Positions 28,831 through 41,282 of a DNA stretch of 64,000 bases are shown here, in pieces (within the stretch, counting starts at the first letter, position 1; every line of letters starts with the position of its first letter). Both the position numbers and the translations under genes were made by a program. The notes under the pieces were generated by a model. That model was not told the origin of the DNA, made no database searches, and saw only the letters and a program-made list of their open reading frames with translations. Source of the DNA: Octopus vulgaris (taxonomy: Eukaryota). The stretch spans positions 221,216,001 through 221,280,000 of the forward strand of contig OX597814.1 in the NCBI GenBank assembly GCA_951406725.2. Reading direction: 5' to 3'.

Positions 28831-29193
28831 TAAAGTAAAGATTATTTGCCAACATAATGTAGCAGTTCAGTTGGGAGGAATATTACTGCTTTTGTTAGCT
28901 CAGTAACTGTGTGTCACTTAGAAAATTGAATATATTTTCAAACAGGAATTTGGCAGCACCATCTCTAGCCGAGCAGTTATTCTGTGCCGAGGAGGTGAAG
29001 TAACCTAGAAACCGCGGTCCACAGATATTGCTTTGTGCTGAGTAGGGATACTAAACTCTCCTGTTCGAAAATATAAAGTCACAGATAGTGTACCGTATAG
29101 GCAGCTGGAGACGTTGTTTCATGGGACTACATAACAGTAACATTCGTCCAAACCGGGACTGTCACATTATGTTGGCAAATAATCTTTACTTTA
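28831..29193. mobile_element. 363-bp element with 30-bp perfect terminal inverted repeats and an internal hammerhead-like motif
   Basis: taaagtaaagattatttgccaacataatgt (28831-28860) is the reverse complement of 29164-29193. Confidence 0.7.
28981..29025 (+). ncRNA. Minimal type I hammerhead-like motif (mutated core)
   Basis: tctgtg-CCGAGGA-ggtgaagtaacc-ta-GAAA-ccgcg-GTC-cacaga. Perfect 6-bp stem I, palindromic stem III (accgcggt); U4 is replaced by C. Confidence 0.6.
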
Positions 29194-29259
29194 TTTCTAT
29201 GTAAATATCGGTTTTTCATTATTGTATAATGAAACTCTATGTTTGTTTTCGTTGAAAAT

Positions 29260-29440
29260 GTGTGTCTTTGTGTCTGTGCTTATCGCCTACTACCGCTTGA
29301 CAACTGTTGTTGGTGCGTTTACGTCCCCGTAAAAAGAAAATCACAAGTCCTGGGATCGATTTGTTCGACTGAAACTCCTCAAGGCGGTGCTCCAGGATGG
29401 CCGTAGTAAAATAACTGAAACAAATAAAAGATAAAAGATG
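29260..29440 (+). mobile_element. SINE family A, 3' half
   Basis: cgcttgacaac...tttacgtccccgtaa...aaggcggtgctccaggatggccg...actgaaacaaataaaagataaaag. Confidence 0.7.
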
Positions 29441-29537
29441 AAGTATTTCATCACGTAAGAATCTCTCCGTCCCCACCATTCATATTTTTTTCGAAGACAC
29501 CCACCAACTAGATATTCAAACTGAGTATCGTCTACAT

Positions 29538-29859
29538 GAGTGCTACTCAAAGTTGTCTGCGGACCGGTGCCGGTTCGCGAGCCATCACCTGCTTATGTAA
29601 TATTGTATTATCACCTGCTTATGTAATATTGTATTATCACCTGCTTATGTAATATTGTATTACCACATGCTTATGTAATATTGTATTATTTGTTTACAAA
29701 ATAAATATAAGATAAAAAAAATTGTCAACTTTTATTATATACGCCATATATATTATTTCCGGTGTAAATTAATATTACTAAGAAATAATACCGGTCCCTG
29801 GCACATTGGGGAAAAAAGAAACTGCCGGTATGCCACATAAGATAGTCTGAGTAGCACTG
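29538..29859. mobile_element. Non-autonomous hAT (Charlie/Buster-like) MITE
   Basis: TIRs gagtgctactca / tgagtagcactg; perfect 8-bp TSD gtctacat (29530-29537 and 29860-29867); internal 26-bp unit x4 at 29584-29688. Confidence 0.9.
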
Positions 29860-29966
29860 GTCTACATAGAACCTATCAGCAATGTAGGGCCAGCAATGGT
29901 TATGGGTACTGTCCCTCCAGCTCCAATTTACTAATAAGAGACGGGCCAACAAAGCAGCGTCTATGT

Positions 29967-30545
29967 CATTGTTTCTGAACCATTTTTTGGCTGTGGATCT
30001 CTTTGATTCCTATTTTACTTGGGCGGAACCCGCCTCCCATGACCATTCGATGTGTAAAAAACCGTATTATATTTTTTATAATCTTAATATTATTAAGAAT
30101 TGAATAGCTTTCTTTTATCTTTAAATTGTTTCGGTCATCTGACTGAGGCCATGCTGGGGCACCACCTTTAAGAATTCTAGTCGAATGAATCGATCCTAGT
30201 AATCTTTTTTAAAAGCCCGGTACTTATTCTATCGTCTCATTTGCCGATTCGCTAAGTTACGCAGACGTAAACACACCAACACCGGTTGTCAAGCAGTGTT
30301 GGTGGGTATAAACACAGACACACACACAGATACGCAGGTTTCTTTCATTTTCTGCTACCAAATCCACTCACAAGGCTTTGGTCGGTAGAAGACACTTGTC
30401 GAAGGCACCACGCAGTGGGACTGAACCGGGAACTATGTTGTTGGGAAGCAAGCTACTTACAAAACAATCACATCTACATCTAAAAAGTAACCTTAAAATG
30501 CTGCACTACCGTCACCAGGATTCAATCTTAGGTTACCATGGCTAC

Positions 30546-30584
<39 letters not shown>

Positions 30585-30748
30585 GTATCCTAACCACTAT
30601 ACGATCGGGGCCACTTGTCCAGTTGACGAATTGTTAAAATATTTTTCTATATTGTCGAAATATAAGCAATTCATTGCAAATAAACTTTAAAAACGAAATG
30701 TTATAATGGAATCACAAGGGCCATATGGAGCCCGGTTGAGAACCACTG
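29967..30748. mobile_element. hAT MITE with a nested SINE
   Basis: Ends cattgtttctgaacc / ggttgagaaccactg; flanks gtctatgt / atctaagt (6 of 8 match). Confidence 0.7.
30110..30475 (-). mobile_element. SINE family A nested in the hAT MITE
   Basis: Collinear with the 8339-8720 copy. Confidence 0.8.
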
Positions 30749-31113
30749 ATCTAAGTCGTCACTGGAACTGCTAGAAATAGCAGCTAAATTTCCTTTGTAA
30801 TCAACCAACATCACTGTCCTCGCAAGCACATATGTCAGGGTGAAGCAATTTAGAAACGGTTCAAAAGAAAACTTCTCTCCCCCTTTTTGTTTTTATCACA
30901 CATTGCAAACAGAAAGGATGAGGTTAAGTTCGTAAAATTCAATATTCCTTCGAAGGTTTTTCTATTAAATTAATTATTTAAATTCATTTCAGTTCTTCTG
31001 ATTCGCTTTGGGCTGTGCGATAAACACGCTTTTCACGCCTACACAATCGCACACACGTGCGCGCGTCCATACACATATGCTCACATAAGTTTGTACGTAT
31101 GTACATACGCATG

Positions 31114-31456
<343 letters not shown>

Positions 31457-31691
31457 TTAATGTAGGCGGCGGAAAGCAATATGTACCTTATAAAGCTATA
31501 ACTGTCATTAAATATGTGGGTCTTAGAAATACCTACATTGCTAGAAATAGGAACTAAACGCTCCAATGCTGCAGTCAAATCACAGAATTGTATACATATA
31601 TGCTAACAGAGACCGTAATCGCCCGAAAAGCAGGAGTGGGGTATATATATATATATATATATTTGCAAGTGGTTAAGTCTATGTCCTGTCA

Positions 31692-31755
31692 TACAGTGAC
31701 CAATGGTTTCGTATCCAGAAAGGGCTTAGCCCCGTTAACGTCTCGTCAGACTCTA
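31692..31755 (-). ncRNA. Type I hammerhead-ribozyme-like motif
   Basis: Minus strand: tagagt-CTGACGA-g...gggctaagccc...c-GAAA-ccattg-GTC-actgta. Core intact. An inverted partial copy lies at 31782-31822. Confidence 0.6.
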
Positions 31756-31887
31756 AAGCCGGCTAAACCCACTATGGTTGGGAAACTATTGGTCACTCGA
31801 TGACCGGACAGAGACGTAACTATTTATAAATACGATACTACTCTATGCCTTAGAATGTGCTTCTTTTTCGAATATATGATACACTGA

Positions 31888-31953
<66 letters not shown>

Positions 31954-32253
31954 AGAACAATCTTACTTAGAAATGGATATCGCCTTCACCTTCGAAACGC
32001 AGAGTAGATGAAACCATGGCGACTGAAGAAGGGGAATTTTCCTTGTGTTATTTGTCCTGTACTCTATTTTTTCGTTGTTTAAGAAAAACGTCCAGTTCCT
32101 TGGTTTTGTGTTTATGTTTTCGTTTCTCATTGTGTTCGACGTTTTTTTTTGGTGTCCTGTACCCATATATGCATGTATATATGCTTGTAGAGGTAGGTAC
32201 GTACATATATGTATGTATATATGCATATGTTTTATTTATTAATTTATTATATA

Positions 32254-32470
32254 GGCGCAATGGCCTATGGTTAGGGCAGCGGACTCGCGGTCGCATCGCG
32301 GTTTCGATTCTCAGACCGGGCGTTGTGTGTGTTTATAGCGAAAACACCTAAAAGCTCTACGAGGCTCCGGCAGGGGTGGTGATCCCTGCTGTATACCACA
32401 ATGGCGGTGCCCCAGCATGGCCACAGCTCAAGAGCTGAAACTGGAAAAACAAAAACAAAACAAAAACAAA
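32254..32470 (+). mobile_element. Short SINE with a family-C head and a family-A/LINE-type tail
   Basis: ggcgcaatggcctatggttagggcagcggactcg...gatccctgctgta, then ggcggtgccccagcatggccacagct...ctgaaac and (CAAAA)n. Confidence 0.75.
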
Positions 32471-32629
32471 ATATACAGTTGAAATTTATAGAAAAACAAA
32501 GACGGACGAAGACTGGTGTAGGAACAACAAGCAATGTATTAGTTTGACGCTCGGGAAAAATGGAAAAGATTTTTACGTTTCGAGCCTACGTAATAGAGAA
32601 TATATATACATATATAAAACTAAAATAAC

Positions 32630-34198
32630 AGCTCAACCATTCAAACGTGGATGTGATCTATCTCGGCTTTGTCAAGGCGTTTGATAAAGTCGATCACTAG
32701 ATGGTATGTCACAAATTGCGTGACCTCGGTATCACTGGTAGACTGGGAGAGTGCCTGCATGATTTCCTGAGGAGCAGAAGTCAGGCACTCACAGCAAATG
32801 GTGCTCTCTCTGAAGTGACACCAACCCTCAGTTGAGTCCCCCAGGGAACAGTGCACGGTTCTGCCACACTCACCAGCTACACTCACCAGCACACTCACCA
32901 GCTACACTCACCAGCTACACTCACCAGCACACTCACCAGCTACACTCACCAGCTACACTCACCAGCTACACTCACCAGCACACTCACCAGCTACACTCAC
33001 CAGCTACACTCACCAGCTACACTCACCAGCTACACTCACCAGCTACACTCACCAGCTACACTCACCAGCTACACTCACCAGCACACTCACCAGCTACACT
33101 CACCAGCACACTCACCAGCTACACTCACCAGCTACACTCACCAGCTACACTCACCAGCTACACTCCACCAGCTACACTCACCAGCACACTCACCAGCTAC
33201 ACTCACCAGCTACACTCACCAGCTACACTCACCAGCACACTCACCAGATACACTCACCAGCTACACTCACCAGCTACGCCAATGATTCAAAAGTATCGCA
33301 GGCTGTCTTGGACCTACTGACATCCTAATAATGCAAAATGACCTGAACGCAATATGTAAATAGGCTGATGAAAATGATATACAGTTCAATGGCACGAAGT
33401 TTCAAGCACTCTGCCCTCAGCTCACAAACAAACTACAGCTGAAGTACACGGGACCAGGAGGCAATGTTATCACAGAGTTAGAGTCGGTGCGTGACCTGGG
33501 AATCCACATGAGCAACGACGCAACATTCCATGTGTACATTGGTCAGATGGCAACACTATGCCGGTGGGTGGCAGGTTCGATCTTTAGATCCTTCAGGACC
33601 AGGAACAGAGACAATGCTTCTGCACTGTAGAACCTTTGTCCTCAGTCGTCTGGACTGCTACTCCCAACTGTGGTCCCCACAGAGTTTAAAACATATTGCG
33701 GAACTAGAAGCGATCCAACGCCACTTCACAAAGAAGATATACTATAGTAAAACACATGGGCTACTGGAAGAGATTCAGAGAACTGGGACTCTACTCCCTG
33801 GAGAGAAGCCGTGAGAGTTATATGTAGAAAATAATGGACGAGCTGGCTCCAAATTTCGGGATCGAAATCTACAATAATCCCCGAATTGCACAGTAACAAA
33901 GGTCTCATCTTCTCTATCGAGGATACGAACCCAGTATTGAATAGCTTGGGATGAAAGGGACCATAACATTTTAATACCCTACCACAGAACATCAGAGATC
34001 TGCAAGGTGTAGACATGGAAATCTTCAAAAAACGTCTAGACAGTTTTTTTATCTGCGGTTCCGGATGAACCGACATCGCGGCAGGAAGCACAAAGAAGAG
34101 CGGCAACGTCCAACTCGATACTTCACCAGAAGCAATACTGGAAAAATCCCCAGTGCGGTGCACCAGCATGGCCTCAGCCATGATAAAGGATAAAAGAT
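32630..34198 (+). mobile_element. 5'-truncated CR1/L2-group LINE (RT and 3' end), pseudogenised
   Basis: VDVIYLGFVKAFDKVDH; VPQGTV (gtcccccagggaacagtg); YANDSK as a decayed YADD; VRDLGI; FVLSRLDCYSQLWSP; ELEAIQRHFTK. Confidence 0.9.
32865..33277. repeat. 12/13-bp minisatellite (CACTCACCAGCTA / CACTCACCAGCA) inside the LINE RT
   Basis: About 32 near-perfect units ending directly at the tac-gcc-aat-gat (YAND) codons. Confidence 0.95.
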
Positions 34199-34318
34199 GC
34201 ACACACACACGTGTGTGTGTGTATGTTCTTTTATTCTTTTACATATGTAAAACTGTAGCCATGCTGAAGCACCGATGTATGTATGTCTCTCTCTCACTCT
34301 CTCTCTCTCTCTCTCTAC

Positions 34319-34442
<124 letters not shown>

Positions 34443-34849
34443 TTGCATACGCGCATCACATATATAACACTCACACACATATGTACGAACATACATACAC
34501 ATTCTCACATACTCACATCAATAGGTTTGAGAATAATTTTGAAAATTTGGGTTGTTCAAGCACAAAAAATGTCCATCTGGCACGTTTCTGCTAATTCGAT
34601 CTCAAACCAAACTCGTGGAGAATTGTTAGAATTTCCCAAACTTTAGTTCGTAATTACGTATAGTTAAGGCCTAAAGTCTAACGCTGACGGGGAGAAATGA
34701 ACACGCGCGCACGCACCCGCAGTGACGCTCAGTGTCCACAGTGACACGCACACATGCATACAAACACTTACACGCGCGCACAAACGCGTATGCATCGTCA
34801 CACGCACGCACACAAACACACACACACACAGAATATTATATCTGCACGT

Positions 34850-35101
34850 GGCGAGCTGGCGAGCTGGCAAGGCGGCGAGCTGGCAGAAACGTTAGCACGC
34901 CGGGCGAAATGCGTAGCCGTATTTCGTCTGCTGTTACGTCCTGAGTTCAAATTCCGCCGGGGTCGATTTTGCCTTTCATCCTTTCGGGGTCGATTAAATA
35001 AGTACCAGTTACCCACTGGCATCGATGTAATCGACTTAATCCGTTTGCCTGTCCTTGTTTGTCCCCTCTGTGTTTAGCCCCTTGTGGGTAGTAAAGAAAT
35101 A
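34850..35101 (+). mobile_element. SINE family B monomer with TSD
   Basis: Full unit ending gtaaagaaata. Direct repeat atatctgcacgtggcg at 34838-34853 and 35102-35117. Confidence 0.9.
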
Positions 35102-35898
35102 ATATCTGCACGTGGCGTGAATCCCTTCTCACACAAATATATTTATATACATACATGCATATGCATATATGCACATATATATATACATACATATATATGT
35201 ATATTATACACGTGTATACAGACATAGTTATATGCATAAATACACATATGATTATAGATATTTTAATTGTGATTGTGCATATATACACACACACATACAC
35301 ACACACAAGCTCACACAAACATTCACTAACATACACACACACACACCTATACACACAGACACACACACACGTATACACACACACATGTAGATATATTCAA
35401 ATAGTCGAAGGTGAAGTTGTTACATGCATACAGATTGGAGTGTTATGTCGGGTGTTATGAAACTGTTCTACGTGCACCAATTGCGTAAATACCTACATAT
35501 AACTATTTTAATTGATTATCTTATCTATTAACATATTAATTGAAATTCTTTAGAATTAAAATTATTATTGAATCATCATATAATTTACCAGATGCATAAA
35601 GATTCGGAATTAAGAATGAAAAGTTCTTCGTGAAATCATTGAATTAGGAATCATTTAGTTAAAACGCTAACATAATTGACGTATGTGAGCTTCTATTTTC
35701 TGAAGTCGTTAATTGAAGAGAAAAAAATATATCGGAATTATCGATACAACTCCAAATAATCGCTCTGAAATATGTAATATTTAATAAAACGTTTAGTTTT
35801 ATATATGTTAGTTTTATAATATTCAAAATATCGCTATGATTGTTCACATAAATTCAGTTAGCATATCAAATAAAACAAACCTAACACACATACATATG

Positions 35899-35941
<43 letters not shown>

Positions 35942-36177
35942 CAACGTGTGTGTGAGTGTGTGTGTGTGTGTGTGCATGAATGGAGACAATCAAAGTACTT
36001 TAAAGAAAGAACAACGCATATCTCATGAATTCTGCGTCCGCATCAGAAAATGCAATCCGCTTGGTGGCTCTAAAAAGCCGTTGGGGGTTCATAATCACAA
36101 CATAAAATCAAAAGTAGAATAAGATAATTAAAAACCCACCCACACACATGTGTATGTATGCATGTACGTATAAATAA

Positions 36178-36240
<63 letters not shown>

Positions 36241-36323
36241 CATACATATATATATATATACATACATATATATATATGTATATATATACATACATATATA
36301 TATATATGTATATATATATATAA

Positions 36324-36380
<57 letters not shown>

Positions 36381-36909
36381 TACGTATATGCATTTATGTA
36401 TATGCGTTTGTCTCTGTGTGTTCGTATTTATTTAAATATTATGTATATATGTGTGCATTGATAATGGCTCTGTTTTCAACAGATGTTTCTTCATAGTGAA
36501 GAAAGAGCACGGTTTGATAAGAAGGAAGATTATAGAAAAATTGATTAAAGCAAACCTCCTGTACCGTAGCCGTTTGCTTAAAACACAAACTGAAGTAACT
36601 AACCGAAAATGCCACACCAAATACAAAAGAAGTAGCAGGACGAAAACAACAACAACAGCAGCAACAACAGCAACCAGGATAGTATTGGGTAATCAATAGT
36701 TTTCTATCGCCATTCTATTTTATCTGACATCAATTCTAAACAGCGTTCCTGTATTTTGCATGGTGATACATCATACTTAAACAATACACCCATATATTGA
36801 TATACAAGTATACAAAATAAACGAGACAACAGCGGCACTCCGAGCCAATGATTGAGACTATGTGGTTGCCAGAACAGATAGAAACAACAGCCACGCTTTA
36901 TAATGCTTA

Positions 36910-37306
36910 TCTTTATATATAAAAGTAAGGCTGTGTGCTGTCTGTCTCCTACGATTTAGATTCCTAACTACTCCCACATTTTGCGGTGCAGTTTAACCAA
37001 AACCGGGTATCTTATAGTCGTTATTCATATCGAGCCCTTCTGGGTGTTAGCGCGCGTCTACGATGAGTCTACGATTTTAAAAAGAATTTACCATCATTTT
37101 TTTCCCATTTTTAATGCATTTTTGGCATATATAAGGGAAGTAACTCTCTAAAAATTTATTATTAAATCTCCGAACGTAAAAAGCTACAGTAACACCCCCC
37201 CTTTGTGGTTAGCCATATTGAGATGGCTATTTTACTTTACATCTCTAAAAATGCTTATATAGTTATTTCCCTTACAAACCCGAGCAACGCCGGGCGATAC
37301 TGCTAG
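36910..37306 (+). mobile_element. Non-autonomous Helitron
   Basis: A|TC start, subterminal hairpin cccgagcaacgccggg (37279-37294), CTAG|T end, no TSD. Confidence 0.85.
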
Positions 37307-37319
37307 TAAATTCCTTCTT

Positions 37320-37520
37320 ATTTCAGCATAAAGGCAATAATTTTCAGTGGAGGTGAAAGCCGAATACATTGATCCCAGTACTTCACTGGTATTCATTGTA
37401 TCGACACCGGTAAGACGAAACGCTATGCTGACCTCTGCGGAATATGAACTCGGGACGTAATCAGTCAAACAAAATACTACAAAACTTTTTTTTCGACGCT
37501 CTAAAAATTTTTCATCTCAC
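37320..37520 (-). mobile_element. Decayed SINE family B-related copy
   Basis: gatcccagtac..ctggta...tatcgac...gacctctgcggaatatgaactc. Confidence 0.6.
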
Positions 37521-38039
37521 CACCTTCTACTAAAACTATAATGACACATTAGATAATATATTGCGGTAGCTATTACATGTGAAAAATAAATGATGTGATG
37601 GTTACGACCAGAACGCTTTTGATCTTAGTTTTGCTTGTTCAGAGTTGATCTGGGGGCTGAACGATAACATTAACAACAGCAATAACAACATCCACAGCAT
37701 CGACGACCGCATGTATACTCGCCCGCATTAATTTCTTCATTTTCAAACATTAATAACGGCAATAGCTTCATTCTACACCACTACACTATACTAGATTACT
37801 GATAAATTAAAATATTTTGAAAGTACAATAACGGGAGATGAGAGATAAAGCTAAAAAGTAAATCAACCAAAATAACGGATTGTAGAAGCTTCAGCAGTTT
37901 TAGCAAAATTGACCCTTTTGGGAAAAAATAATATAACAATAAATAAATAATTAAATAGTAATATTTTTTCTTTTCAAATCAATAGTAATTTCAATTGCAC
38001 TCCATGGGTACGAATTATGGGCGTCAGATGCTGGTAGTG

Positions 38040-38360
38040 AAAAAGAAACCAAACAAAATACTAACTTTTGAAACAGAATGCTTCGAATCGAATTCCATGT
38101 ACAGAACATTAATCGAGTGAATGTTAGGAAGGAATTTTAGGGACGGTTGCAAATCATGGAACTTGTGTCAGTTGTTAAAAAAAATAAAAGGAGAAACTGA
38201 TGTGGTATGGTTATGTATAACGCATTACCATGATCCAACCTCTACCGAATATTGTCATGCATTGACAAATCCTCGGTCAAAGAGGAAGAGGAAAAAGAGA
38301 AGCAAGTGGTTGAATAACATCAAAGAGTTAATAGAGAGGAGATTATTGAAAACATGAGTT
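38040..38360 (+). mobile_element. RTE-clade LINE 3' coding fragment
   Basis: Across frameshifts it reads KRRKLMWYGYV...SKRKRKKRSKWLNNIKE, resembling the RTE C-terminal motif L.WYGHV.R...GKR.RGR...W..NI. Confidence 0.7.
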
Positions 38361-39047
38361 TCGTTAATGACTGGAAAACATAGAGATGCAAGGCCGTGTC
38401 TTGTACTCTGCTCTTACGGATTCCTTAAACAAGAATTTTGTTTTATTTTTAGTTGCAGGACCTGGAAGAAGCGGAGCACCCACAGCTTTTACAATTCCTT
38501 CGCGACCGGCAGGAGTGATGCTTTTAATTTTCCTCTTGGCTTTTTGTAATTCAACCACAGCTGCAAGAAAGAAAATTCCAGTGGGTGAATATCCTGGGAA
38601 GGAAGGACTTGGTGTTGTGATTAATGTGGAGCCTAAGTAGGTGACGGAAACAAAGACGATGAAAAGAGGAGAGATGAGTTGTCCAGGAATGTCTGAGGTG
38701 GTATATACTCCTCCGGCACCAAGGAGTAGAGACCATTATGGTAAAGGTAGAAAGGTTAAAGAGACGAGACAGCGCACCCACAGGCCAGAGGTTGGGACGT
38801 GTGTGCGAGTGACTATATGCTAATCCGTCGGGTGACCCTTTTATTGTTGCAGCACTGGTATCTGTATATGCAGTATTATTTTGATGATGAGAGAGCAACA
38901 CTCTATTATGGTTCTCACCTGTGCTTTGTGGAGTATCATTAAAGGATTGTTACTTTGTTAATGTACTTCACTACAGCTCACTATATTCTGTACAATGCCA
39001 TACAGTATAACACTTAAAAATCAGTACCTAATATAGTCCAAAAGTAG

Positions 39048-39262
39048 GGCAGTGAGCTGGCAGAGTGGTTAGCACGCTGGGCAAAATGCTGAGCGGCATT
39101 TCGTTTGTCTTTACGCACTGAGTTCAAATTCCGTTGAGGTTTACTTTACCTTTCATAATTTCGGGGCCGATAAAATAAAAATTAGTTGAACACTAGGGCT
39201 GAAGTAATCGACTTAACTCATTCCACTGAAATTGCTGGCCTTGCACCAAAATTTGAAACCAC
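39048..39262 (+). mobile_element. SINE family B-related (alternative tail)
   Basis: gagctggcaga..gttagcacgctgggcaaaatgct...gagttcaaattcc...ggccttgcaccaaaatttgaaacc. Confidence 0.8.
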
Positions 39263-39879
39263 AATATTCCAAAAGTGCAATATTCATAATATGTCAGGTT
39301 CCAACACGTTAACTACCTTAAATAAAAATATTTATTAAGGTCTCCCTTTTATAGTACCAACAACCCAACTAAGGAATCACTACATGTTCGCTCGAGGTTC
39401 ACACTTCAAACAGTAACCAAAGTATGCCCCAAATCATGCCACACATTCTTATAAAAGAGAAGGAAACGTTAGGCTTTGTAGTTCTGCATACTTCTAAGAC
39501 GATGAGAGTTATGGCTGTTATATCTTCAATCATATATCTGCTGTGTCACAGTTCACCTAGAGGTGTAACAACAGCAGAAGCAACAGCAACACCAACTACA
39601 AAAACAACAGCAGCAGCAACTACAACAACAACAACAACTAATACTACTACTAGTAGTAGTTGTAGTAGTAGTAGTGATAGTATTAGTAGTATTATTAGTA
39701 GTAGAGGAAGCAATTTGAATAACAACAAAATAACAAACTTTGACGGCAACACAAAATGTATGAAAAGCAGAAGCTAGGAAATATAACAATATTATTTCAT
39801 ATTGAAAATGATATTTCGAAATTATTTTTCATGTTCTTTTGTTTGAAATACGTTTTAAATAGGAAAGTAATGTAAAATT

Positions 39880-40087
39880 GCTTTCCGAATCATATAGACT
39901 CATTGAACCGGTTTCCTGGTTTTCCTGGGTATGTATTCCCCGCCTGGACGGGACGCCGATCTGTCGCTGGATTACTCATTTTCGCCACCTGGCTCGACTG
40001 AAGCAACGTGAAATGAAGTGTTTTGTCCAGGAATCGAAACCACAATCATCCGATCATGAGTCCAACAACCTAACTACTAAGCCACGT
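39880..40087 (-). mobile_element. tRNA-derived SINE (further family)
   Basis: Minus-strand head cgtggcttagtagttagg...ggtttcgattcctgg has A/B-box-like motifs. Confidence 0.6.
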
Positions 40088-41244
40088 CATATATATATAA
40101 AAAGGATGTTGGAAATCGACTCGATGTAGGATTCTTGGATTAGTTACTGAAGTCAGTGGTAGAGTCAATAATTAGTCGCAGGAGTCGACAAGGGAGAAAT
40201 TTATATCTCGAGTAAACGAAGAAAAGTTATTAATTAGTTACTTAGCTTAATGAGCGGCTCTTTAATTAATCTCACAGGTGAACGTGAGCGTTTTTAATCG
40301 AACGTTCAAGATAGCGAAGGACTCTTCAATTAATTGTTCACGACTCTTCAATTAATAGTTCAATGAGAATGTGATTAGTTGCTGACAAAGGATGCTCTAC
40401 ATAGTGGAACACATCAGCTGGTGAAACTTTATTTAGTAGCTGAAGATAAAAGGAAGAAGAGGGAGTCTGTAATTGGTCGCTCAAGCAAATGAGGAATTAT
40501 CTATACGTAATCACTCGACGTTTAAAGAAATACTAAGCAAATCTTCTTGAAACCACACACCCTAACGTCTTAAAAAAGAACGACCCATTGGGTAATGTAT
40601 CTCTGGATACACTCTATGCATTATGGTAAACTAAAAAAATAAGGATGGGATGATTATGGCTTTGATCATAGATCTGAATAACTTTGATCGTTGTTCTGAA
40701 CGGCTTTGATCATGCATAGGCTTTAACGCCTTCGATCACAGATCTGTTGGAAGGGGGCTGATCTGGGGTTAAACCATGTTAAATTATTATAAAACAACAC
40801 AAAGACTAAGGAAACGAAATTATTAGCAAAACTTTTCATTAAACGCCTGGTGGTAAAAAATGTGAAATACAATAAAATAAACGAAGTAAAAATGTAAGCA
40901 AAACCGTATCATTGCTTACAAATTTTACAAATTGGTTTGTTTTCTACATTTTGACTTCAGCTGTCTTTCGACGAAGGCGTAGTATGTTAATCCACGAATA
41001 TTTTCAGTAAATTTCGCGATCATTTTCATTCTTCTTTCTTCTTTTTTTTTCTTTTTTTTGTTCAATCCTTCGTAATTCCTATCGATATCGATGTTTCAGT
41101 TTGCTGCTTTCAATAGAAATTATTATTGTGCCTCCGTTTCATCATTGAGATAACAGCGTTTGTTAATCAACTGATGGTGAATATTTCAGCTTTCTCTCTT
41201 CTTAAACAATCGATAAAACTTTGAAAACATTACGCTCTTTTCTT

Positions 41245-41249
41245 TCTTG

Positions 41250-41282
<33 letters not shown>

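Noticed and set aside
32832-33320. ATLTSYTHQLHSP repeat protein
   Set aside because: The 12/13-bp units do not keep frame, and the array sits inside a dead LINE.
38370-38900. GC-richer segment with several overlapping short ORFs
   Set aside because: Possibly a LINE 5' UTR or ORF1 remnant, but no diagnostic motif was seen.
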